A stretch of DNA of 63,421 bases, the filler included, from Phoronis australis (Eukaryota; Animalia; Phoronida), in the NCBI GenBank assembly GCA_002633005.1. It is 6 parts of 6 records of this genome, joined end to end, with 100 filler letters (N's around TTAATTAATTAA, not from the genome) between each part and the next. Parts side by side here need not be neighbours in the genome. Positions count along the whole stretch, not along the records: positions 53,974 to 56,043 come from NMRA01003862.1; positions 56,144 to 60,180 come from NMRA01002735.1; positions 60,281 to 63,421 come from NMRA01001786.1; 3 more parts are not named here. One strand, given 5' to 3'. The position numbers and the translations under genes were made by a program. This document shows positions 53,974 through 63,421 of this stretch, piece by piece. The number at the start of each line of letters is the position of its first letter. The first letter of the stretch is position 1. The notes beneath the pieces were generated by a model, which did no database searches, was not told the origin of the DNA, and worked only from the letters and a program-made list of their open reading frames with translations.

Positions 53974-54059
53974 ATAGGAAAACATTCACCAATTTTCTTA
54001 ATGATTCTTAGAGTCATTTGGCTAATAGTGAGACATACGCAAAAAACAGCTTAAACACA

Positions 54060-54720
54060 ATGAAAAACTGCCACTAGTAGGCGTGCACTATGTCAAATAC
54101 ATCTGAAAATAAAAAGGTATCATCGCCACATTTAAAGAAATCTATTTGCTAAAGTTCACAAAAATCCATCCAGGATCTCCAGAGGAAACAGAAAAAAATA
54201 AAATTGCCACTAGGAGACACAACAATAGTTGGATCTGTCTGAAAGTCGTAGTCAACTGTTGTCACCTTTTCGTGTAAATACATTTGCCAACTGTAACAAA
54301 GATCCTTCAGAGGGTTTAGGAGTTAAGCCATGGATGCAAAAAATGCAAAACTCCCACTAGGAGAAGCCACTTTAATCGTGAGCTGTCCTCTATTCAGAAG
54401 GAACATACGAAAACGTGAAGGTGGAGTCATCTTCCTAATATATACCTTTAGCCAAATTTCATGAAAATTCAGATACAGACTCGAGGCAAGTGTAAAAAAA
54501 CTAAAATTGCTAATAGAAGTACACCAGTTATCAGATTTGTTAATAAATTTGCTCATGCCGTCCCATCTACGATAGGAAAATGTCAGCAAAATTTCATGTA
54601 CGTACATCAAGGGGTTTTGGAGATACAGCAGCAGACGCCTGACAAAGATGATGGCACAATGCACTCACACAAAAATATGTGGGTGCATAAAATGTGTGGT
54701 CACGCAACCAAATTACTGGC
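54060..54720. mobile_element. Degenerate repeat with tandem cores, possibly Helentron-associated (HINE-like)
   Basis: Recurrent aaatttcatg / aaaattgccactaggag-like cores about 150 bp apart; the classification is inference. Confidence 0.3.
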
Positions 54721-54914
54721 AAATATTGGTATACAGACAAACATCAAATTCTACAAGCTTGTATTTTCATAAAATAATACTTCACAGAGTTAAATTCTAC
54801 AGTTTTGTAGATTATTTTTATACCACAATATTAGCGTCGAGTGGCAGATACAACTGTGTAATAACCCATTTAGTTATCTCACTAGTGAGATAACATTTTG
54901 GCGGGAAACCGAGG

Positions 54915-54977
54915 CTGGTTTCGAAATTCGAACCCGGGCCTCCAAATTTTCGAGTCCCCGACTTAACCACTACACCA
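54915..54977 (-). mobile_element. tRNA-derived SINE-head remnant
   Basis: Minus strand tggtgtagtggttaag...cccgggttcgaatt (A and B boxes). Confidence 0.45.
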
Positions 54978-56043
54978 TAAAACAGGAAAATATAATACTT
55001 AAATGAGCACGCGCAACAATCGCGTGTTCAGTAAAGGGCATTGTACTGACATTAATACGCTATGAAAAATAAGACGCATAATTTTCATAAAAGCGATATC
55101 TTAATTCAGTGAAATTTTTCTCTCGTGTTCTTTCACTTGTAAATCACCGATTATCACCGGGTATCTTGTCGTCGGAATCCTTCGACTTGAGCATTACACT
55201 CAGTTACTAGTGGTAACCTACTTTAGCAGACGATATTTTCCCGGTCGAAGCTTAGCGTGTGTAGTAAGCTATAATAGTTGCTAAACCTTATAGATTCACT
55301 TTATTTCTACTTTGTTTAAATTTTCAATTGTTTTGGAGTAAAAGCATTATTTGACAAAAATAGCTCGGCTTTTCTTACAAAGTCACGACCTCCGACCCCG
55401 TTCTCTTCACATCAGTATCACCTACCTGAGGAGGTGCACCAGGGTAGTCTTCACCTGTGAGTGGATTAAACGTTGATGCTGAAAACAAAAACATAGATGA
55501 CTGATCAGACATTTATCTACTGATACACCACATCGAACGAGGTTCCCGCGTTTAAACATCACAAGGACAAAGCAATCAACAAGCCATTACATGTGTTGAC
55601 AGACATCAAAATTTAAAACTTGTAATCACATTGACGACGTCACAATTTACCACAAAAAATAACTGACAATAACAAAAAACATTTTTATCTTTAAACCCAG
55701 AGGCAAGCTGGCCCACTGAGCAACAACAACAAGGTAAGAACATTAATTCACTTCTCCCACATAGTTAGCAAAACATTAAAAGCAAGTGCAATCACTGTTA
55801 AAGAACCTGTGAACACCGATCACCACGTTAGGACCTGCATGTAGATACACACAGTCATTAAACTAAAACCTTACGCCAGTGGTTTACAGACAGACCATCT
55901 TGCCCCTCTCTTGGCGGGATGAGTAGAAGAAAATAAAAAGGGGTAAAGAATGATTTCAATGTGACTTGAAATGATGAACATTTTCTTGATTCTCTCAGCT
56001 GGTCGGCCGCCGCTAAAATAGATCGCCCATCAGTGAATACAGA

Positions 56044-56143
56044 NNNNNNNNNNNNNNNNNNNNNNNNNNNNNNNNNNNNNNNNNNNNTTAATTAATTAAN
56101 NNNNNNNNNNNNNNNNNNNNNNNNNNNNNNNNNNNNNNNNNNN
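56044..56143. other. Artificial contig linker
   Basis: Same 100-bp linker. Confidence 0.97.
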
Positions 56144-56300
56144 TGTTGATTCCCCTTGGAACAGTTATCGACGATTAGTCATTTTCGACAATTATCCTTA
56201 CATTCTCAGAGTCATTTTTAGAGGCGGTTATTACGGGAAAATTTCCTAACGATAGTGAATGCAGAACATTGCATATTTCCTTGCAGAAACAGGAATTTGC

Positions 56301-56616
56301 NNNNNNNNNNNNNNNNNNNNNNNNNNNNNNNNNNNNNNNNNNNNNNNNNNNNNNNNNNNNNNNNNNNNNNNNNNNNNNNNNNNNNNNNNNNNNNNNNNNN
56401 NNNNNNNNNNNNNNNNNNNNNNNNNNNNNNNNNNNNNNNNNNNNNNNNNNNNNNNNNNNNNNNNNNNNNNNNNNNNNNNNNNNNNNNNNNNNNNNNNNNN
56501 NNNNNNNNNNNNNNNNNNNNNNNNNNNNNNNNNNNNNNNNNNNNNNNNNNNNNNNNNNNNNNNNNNNNNNNNNNNNNNNNNNNNNNNNNNNNNNNNNNNN
56601 NNNNNNNNNNNNNNNN
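56301..56616. other. Scaffold gap (N run); another lies at 18043-18146
   Basis: Plain N runs without the linker motif. Confidence 0.95.
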
Positions 56617-56706
56617 TGTATTCAGTTGTCCCACATTCTACAGCATTTGCTAGCAAATTAGAAAGTTATTAAAAGAATTTTGTGAAAACCATTTATTTCC
56701 TTTAAG

Positions 56707-56948
56707 ATTTATCTGCCCTCTGGTGCTGTGGTAGGTGTCAGTATACGTAGTTGGTACGGATTATCAGTGATGGTCCAGGCACCTCCGGCAGATTTTAACG
56801 ACACCAGTGGCCTGTGCGGGTACTTCGATGGAAACGGAGATAACGACTTTATGCTTCCGAATCATACGGCATGGAGCTACCCTGCGCAAGGCGACCGCCG
56901 CGACTGGTGGGGCAGTGAGTCATCAGAGTCGTTTTCTACGTTTTGGAG
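56707..56948 (+). CDS. VWDE: VWD and EGF domain-containing (VWDE-like) protein, VWD exon
   Basis: ttaag|IYLPSGAVV...QAPPADFNDTSGLCGYFDGNGDNDF...FSTFWR|gtaagt; VWD motif GLCGxFDGN..NDF...WR. Confidence 0.85.
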
Positions 56949-58026
56949 GTAAGTAAACCAGAACGCGTTTAATATTCCTTTCACAAAGTAGCTAAAACGC
57001 ATGCGCCCACCCAAGGGTGGCTCGGGGGGCTCGAACGAGCCTCTTCCGAAGCGAGCAAAAAGGTCCGCCACAGAGAAACAAAAAAGTCCGAAAAAGTAGT
57101 AACAAAAAAGTCCACTAAAAAGGCGAATGCACAATACATAGCTCTGAACATACATTTTTTAGCAAAAGGTCCACATTCTCAAAAATTCGAGCCCCCCTTT
57201 TTTTAAGTTACCTAAAACTGTTGTTGGTTTCGCCAGCACTTTTGTAAAACAGACCACTTTTTTCGAAGGATTTCCCCATCAATTTTCGCTTTAAAACGAT
57301 ACATTTGGTGATTATGAAACAGACTAATTTCTGGCGATCTTGACCCCTTCACGAAAAACCGTGTTTAAAAAACTACTAGCGTTTTCGACACACATGTGCA
57401 CCTTTCTGTATACTTGCCTTTGAGCGGAAATTTGAGAGATCACGTGATTCGCCTGTGAAGACTTTCAGTCTTAAAGTCAATTCGCAAAATACCACTCTGT
57501 GCTCAAAGTCAGCCTACTCACGCACATTACCGAAGTGAAGCAGAATTAACTAAAAAAATGAACTTCGCAGTTTTTGAACTGAGAGTCACGGCTTTTGGGT
57601 TGCACAATCGTGTTGACTTTAGACTATATATCGACTGGATAACATTGACTTGCGCGTGATCCGTTGGGTACTATTGTTCAACACTGAGAAGTGATATCGT
57701 TTCAGTGAGGGAGTTCCGTTTGTTCCACGTTGGGTCACGGGTTTTACCGTCATACGTATCTGGAGAACTAAACGGAACTGACGCAGTTCCTGGAGATCCG
57801 GGAAAATGGGCAACACAGCTCTCAAGATGACGTACCTTTTAAGCAGCGAGTTCACCGATCCCTCGTTTGCTCTTCCAATTAGACGATAACTAAGCTGGCA
57901 CAACGCCCACCAAGGTTGGTGGCACTTCCCTACAAACACCTTCTATTGGAGAGCCCCCAATAGATAACATTTTTTACCTCTTCGTCACGTCGTAAATCAA
58001 TTAATTGAATTGTTGACTTTCAACAG

Positions 58027-58257
58027 GGTGCATCCACATCATAGCCTCTTCAAACAGCACGCCGTTTCGTCAGCCTTGAAAACAATCCCGGCGAAGGAAC
58101 AGTACTCCAACAACAAACTATGGTGCAACTGTAAAAGGGGACAACCCCCGGATTGCGGACCGGATAAGCACCTCGGAATTAGAGAACTGTTGAGTGTGAC
58201 CAAAGACGAAACAGATCTCGCTAGCTCGTTGCTGACGCCAAAAGAATACCAAACAAA
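58027..58257 (+). CDS. VWDE: VWDE-like internal exon
   Basis: caacag|(R)VHPHHSLFKQ...LWCNCKRGQPPDCGP...EYQT|gtacaa; phase 2-2, with the post-VWD SLF...CxC motif. Confidence 0.75.
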
Positions 58258-58618
58258 GTACAAATTGTGCACGTGTCACGCTTAATTTAGAAGCCATTTG
58301 CACTTTAACATCTCAAGCTTATGGAAGTTTCTGTATTTGGCAATTAAAAACACGTATATTCGTTTTGCATAGCCTCATTGGACTTATAAATGCCGCTTCC
58401 ACACGAAGATTTCCAACTGCCGCCATTCCGTTTTAGTGATTGATGCCACTTCTTCTTACTTTCCAAATAAAAAAATAAAGGTAGCTTTTTCTGAATTCAG
58501 TTTCACCATTCGCTGTTTTGGTGAAACTTAACTGCCAAACAGTAAAAATTTTGAACATGAAGTACGTTTAAAATGTCGATACAATAGTTCTGCTGTAAAT
58601 TCGAAATATTTCCTCCAG

Positions 58619-58829
58619 ACTGAGTAAGAATGTGACGGTGACGTCACAGTGGTCGTCAACATCCAAGCCCAATCTGCCACTAGCCAGACGGGTACTGACA
58701 CCTGGCGAATGGAACAAATATTACAACGCCTGCCAAAATGCCATTGAGACGATCGCATTCTATGACGACTGCAGAAAGCTGGCTAGAAATGTAACGATGT
58801 TCATTGACCAATGTATTCGAGACTACGCT
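58619..58829 (+). CDS. VWDE: VWDE-like internal exon
   Basis: ctccag|...YNACQNAIETIAFYDDCRKLARNVTMFIDQCIRDYA|gtgagt; cysteine spacing of the C8-like region; phase 2-0. Confidence 0.8.
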
Positions 58830-59181
58830 GTGAGTTTTGGTTTATTTACAGAGATTAACATAGCGTTATGCGGCATACTTTGTATGAGCCATCTTTGAAT
58901 GTGATCGTAATTTGAAGCTGACATTCCAGCAATGACATAGAAGCATGAGGCTTCTGCTAATTCTTAAAAATACATTGAAAGTATGGATCGAAACATACAG
59001 TTATATACGTCTGTGAGTGGAAGTTCTTGTTAACTATACAAAGTTGATGCATCTTCACCATATTTATACATTCACTTAGTTTTGAATGTCAGAAAATATT
59101 GTCAAATTGAATAAAAATGATACCTTACAAGAACATAAATCTAGTGAATAACGCAAACATGCTGTGTTTTTATCTTCTTAG

Positions 59182-59374
59182 ATGACAAGAGACGACTTCG
59201 TTCTTCAGAATATTAAATCAGTGTTTGAGCAAGAATGCAAACTGATTGCACTGACTCAGCAGCATACTTACGGACCAGGAAGAAATTTGTTTAACAAACT
59301 GCAGGGGAACTTTTGCCCTGGCCAATGTCAAAGCCGAGGAGTTTGCACGAATGGCATTTGTTCGTGTTTTTCAG
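59182..59374 (+). CDS. VWDE: VWDE-like exon entering the EGF-like repeat
   Basis: tcttag|MTRDDFV...FEQECK...CPGQCQSRGVCTNGICSCFSG|gtatgg; cf. recalled LENECEK...CPNLCSGNGQC. Confidence 0.85.
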
Positions 59375-60180
59375 GTATGGGTGAAGTGACCGACTTTAAT
59401 ACAGCAATAGGGAGTTAAGTAAAATAAACTGAACGTGTACGTGTGTTGCAGACAACATTTGCGTTGGGTTTGTAGCGAACTATTTCGTAAAAAGCGATGT
59501 ACAAACATCCGAGGACCTCATTAGACGTTCTTTGCCAGGACGGCCATTTTTAGACCCAAAACACAAGTGCTGCAAGTGCGGTGAGAAATCATCACTTATG
59601 GAAAGGAAAAAGTGAATTCAATCATATATTTCAAAATTCCAACCTCGCCAACCTGGTAATCACTTCTCTGGCTGCCATTTATCTATTAATCTAGTGAGCA
59701 CATTTTCGCTTTTCACTCGCGTGATTTTACGTCATTGGTGGTCGTCCTTTTTGTAATATTCTTGCGTCTACGGAATGTACATCTGATCTGCACGAGCCCA
59801 TACACATACGAAACTTTTAAAATTCAATAATTCTTCAAAAATTCTTTTATTTGAATTGATTTCATTAATTTTTGTGAATATCCATGTTAGTTATGATTAG
59901 TGTTATCCTAGTCATCATCTTCGTCATAATCGGTATCTCTGTTGACATTTTACTGTTTCTAGTGCGCATGTCTGGATTGGGGAAATGTGGGAAATATGCA
60001 TCCTCCAGTTGCCAGGCTCAGGAAAGTTTTCTTTAGGGAGGTGGAGGGGGCAAAACAGATGTGAGCCCACCTCCCCCCTATCACCACACCTTCGAGAATG
60101 CAAGGCTATGAAAAGAAATATTTTCTGGCCGTTTTAATGCGGGCCAGCGCCATCCCCCAACTTCATGAATTGGGATTCGC

Positions 60181-60280
60181 NNNNNNNNNNNNNNNNNNNN
60201 NNNNNNNNNNNNNNNNNNNNNNNNTTAATTAATTAANNNNNNNNNNNNNNNNNNNNNNNNNNNNNNNNNNNNNNNNNNNN
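60181..60280. other. Artificial contig linker
   Basis: Same 100-bp linker. Confidence 0.97.
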
Positions 60281-61579
60281 AGTTTAACTGTCTGTTCATA
60301 CATGAGCAGAAGAGCAAAAGTTCGACTTAAAACGTAATGGAGATTCTAATAATGCTATCACAAATGCCTTTTTGTGGAAAGTTAAATGGCATTCATATTT
60401 TAGGTTTGTGAATATTGAGTGACATAATGTACTTGATGAAAGCCAGAGACACTGCAGAGGTTACGAGGCAACAAGTTTGAGTTGAAAACACCGGAACAAA
60501 TATGGCGTACACAGCATCTCAAGGTTGGGTCGAACAAACATGGATGAAAACACTAGCGATCATCCCATATGAACCCTATGGAACACCTCCGATTGCTGTA
60601 ATGCAGATTAGTCTGGAGTAGAATGTGTTTAGAACGTCCACTAGTATGGTAGTAACTGGAGTATAACCTCTGTAGTTGTTCTTTTCAACACCATGGTAAT
60701 ATTGTAGAATAGAAAGGTATAATTTAAGGTTGATGCCTTAGATAAATGAATGATGTTTGGATGATATCGCTATAGTCGAAATATTGCAAATTTCAACATA
60801 GGCCTACAAGTTCAATGATAGCCCATTCAGTAGACTGATGTATCATGAAACCATATTTGGGAAGCAAAAATAGTAATCGATGAAGTATTCGACAGTTTTC
60901 AAGTATTTTAGATGAACATGGGAAAAATAAATATGTTTATAATTGTTAAGAGTGATTTTTTTCAGTTGGCAAGTAATGAGGTAATTTAAAATAAAATGCT
61001 TAAATATGCTCGACATGCTGTTCTAAGCATGCCTTTCCACGGGGGAAAGTCAGATTTCATGGTTTTCTCCACTGGCATTCGACATATTTTGCACCATTTT
61101 CAATTGTAATAAACACCCTGTTGGGTGCATTTCAACGCTATGCTAGTTTAGTCAAGTAAATAATATCGTTGTTGCATTTATTGTAGATTTTGTCGTGCGT
61201 TAAGAATAAAACATCTCGGTATATTGTAATTAAAGCTTGGCATACATTCAAATTGTTCTCTCAAGACACAATTTTGATTGTATACAAGTATTATTACTAA
61301 TTGCCACTGTAGACACTTTTATAGTTTCTGTTATTCATTGTCATGTGATTTTGTTTTCATTTCTAGTCATTATACATCAGATTGAAAATTATCATGTTAA
61401 ATCCAGTGTGCAGCTGATTGTGTATTTTCTTACTTTAACAAGCGGGCATGCAATAAAAATTATGTATTTGTCAGCTGGCATTTCTACATTAAATTATTCA
61501 CGCCACAATTCAAGTATGTTGTAGTCTTGCATCCAATATTTTTTCTGGTGGTTCGCAGAAACTTCTATATAGCCCCATG

Positions 61580-61945
61580 AAGATGTTTGCGGCAAGCTTG
61601 CAGCAATGTGTGCGGCTGGGTTGCAGGAACTGTTCCATATCCATAGAGATGTTTGCGGCAAGCTTGCAGCAATGTGTGCGGCTGGGTTGCAGGAACTGTT
61701 CCATATAAGGACATAGAGATGTTTGCTGCAAGCTTGCGGCAAACTTCATTTGCATGGTAAAAGTTTGCTGCATGTTTGCGGCAAGCATGCCGCAAGCTTG
61801 CGGCAATGTTTGCGGCTGGGTTGCAGGAAATTTGCATCCACTCTTTGTTCAGAGTTGATTCTTCGTGTTTGCGGCTGGTTTGCAGAAACTTTTGCAGCAA
61901 GCTTGCCGCAACTTTGCGGCAAGCTTGCGGCAAGTGTTTGCAGGA
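61580..61945. repeat. Palindrome-rich repeat (gcggcaagcttgcngca) with a 66-bp direct duplication
   Basis: agatgtttgc starts at 61581, 61647 and 61717; many AAGCTT-centred palindromes. Confidence 0.8.
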
Positions 61946-62799
61946 AGGCTTTTTTTTGGTATAGGAGTATATATATCTATCACAATAAATTGAAGTTTAC
62001 ACATTAATTATATTTATTCTTCAGTTATAATGTACATTGTAATTTGTGACTTTGTTGTTAGGTGAAGCTACCAGCGGCCTATAACTTTGCTGGCCTCCCA
62101 TATTCTTCTGTTGAATGCTGTTTCTCTACCTTTCAGAATTTACCAAGCTCGATAAGATTTTCTAGAGAGAAAAATAACTTAAAATGGTAGTTAATTACGT
62201 GGCTGTAATGTTAGAGTGATCATAATCTAAAGAGATTACAACAATACGCTAATATCGAACACGTTGCTGACATCAGACACGGACTAAGATGGAGACGACC
62301 CCATCAGTTCTGATGAACACCTACCAGAGTCAGGCAACTCAAAAATGGGATAGTAGGGGTGTTAGCCGCAGCCATTGACACTTATGGACTAATCAAAGTT
62401 GTTGCCTGCTTATGTCACTTGGAACAAATCTACGTACTACTGGGTTGCCAAATTATAGGACAAATTGCTCAGGTGAGCAGTGTCGACCCATTGCTGGCCA
62501 GAGGTTTATCTATGTGCATGTGTCAAATTTCAAATTATAATTTAAGGATGTTTAACAATATGCCTAAATCCCTTCACGGGAAATGTGATTGGCCAACAGC
62601 CCAAGACTAACTTGTATTCCCGACCGTGCCACCAGAGACCACCAACGAAACATTACACCTGCAGTCCTTTTGCATAATCAGTTGTGCTATGGAATACCTA
62701 TATGTTACCAGCACACCTAATTTATAGTTGTCAACATCTGAAAACAGAAAAGCAGGACATCTGTATCGTAAACGGTATTCATATTTCGAATTTGAGTCC

Positions 62800-62967
62800 T
62801 CAATTAGCAAGCGAATGTTTTATTTCATGTCCATCACTGCGCCTGAAACCACTCTTCGCAGCATAATGTTTAACTGTGTAGGGGACAGGGGGCATTAGTG
62901 CATGGTCTTGGTAATGGCGATTTCTTGCTTCATAGCAAGATCTCGTGTAGGTGCTGCCACTTGTCAC
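62800..62967 (-). CDS. Possible terminal exon of an unidentified gene
   Basis: Good acceptor ctcttgcag followed by VTSGSTYTRSCYEARNRHYQDHALMPPVPYT...* (phase 0) or GDKWQHLHEILL* (phase 1). No homology recognised. Confidence 0.25.
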   Translation of the reverse strand: MTSGSTYTRSCYEARNRHYQDHALMPPVPYTVKHYAAKSGFRRSDGHEIKHSLAN

Positions 62968-63421
62968 CTGCAAGAGACAATGTCGAAACAACGAATACAT
63001 GACTATCAGCAACAAATGGTACCCTGTCTACCAATAACTTTTTACACATGCGACATGGTGGTGGTGTAAGACGGTCCGACAGTATTAAATTATCTGAGGG
63101 ATAAAAGCGGACTGAGTTGAGCTGTCTCAAACATGCAATTTGAATACGAGGTTTAAATTACGTGAATCTCTTCTAACTCATTACTAATTTAACCAATTTT
63201 CAGGGCATAATTTGTCGTGTCCAATATTGTTTGAGACTTCGCATTGACAGGTTTTCGTTTCAAGAAGTAAAAGTGTGTTATCTATTTTTAAATCAACAAT
63301 AGGTCATATGTCATACTTAGTCAGCTCCTTAAATGTCACAAGTGGAAAAAGTGATAGAGAGACTGGGAGTGGGACATGTTTGAATTTTGGGGATGGCCAA
63401 AAGAAATCAAGGTAAACTAAA

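Noticed and set aside
56218-56672. ORFs of 130-138 aa in five frames
   Set aside because: They span a 316-N gap.
58353-58480. Extra VWDE exon
   Set aside because: It is open only in phase 0, while the flanking exons join directly in phase 2.

Overview
This is animal (invertebrate-like) genomic DNA, not prokaryotic. Five identical 100-bp linkers (44N-TTAATTAATTAA-44N) show the window is six concatenated, probably unrelated segments: 1-24956, 25057-51227, 51328-53873, 53974-56043, 56144-60180, 60281-63421. Most entries in the ORF track are minisatellite or intron noise. By splicing exons manually (GT-AG, phase-consistent) I recovered five genes: (1) the 3' seven coding exons of CENP-L (+); (2) exon 1 of MTSS1/MIM (+); (3) the last two exons of ZCCHC24 (+), plus a candidate alternative first exon; (4) an apparently complete ~229-aa membrane-anchored SRPBCC/polyketide-cyclase-like gene (-), convergent with ZCCHC24; (5) four internal exons of a VWDE-like gene (+). 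Family calls come from recalled homologue motifs, not database searches. Non-coding DNA holds a HERO-like non-LTR RT fragment, two THAP-bearing Kolobok-type elements, P-, Harbinger- and Tc2-like MITEs, hAT-like MITEs with atypical 6-bp and 5-bp TSDs, and about 20 minisatellites. The most striking pattern is that tandem duplications repeatedly straddle functional splice sites: the ZCCHC24 donor x3 and acceptor x4 on the same intron, an in-frame CENP-L acceptor x2, and CENP-L donor look-alikes. One array also copies a MITE terminus.
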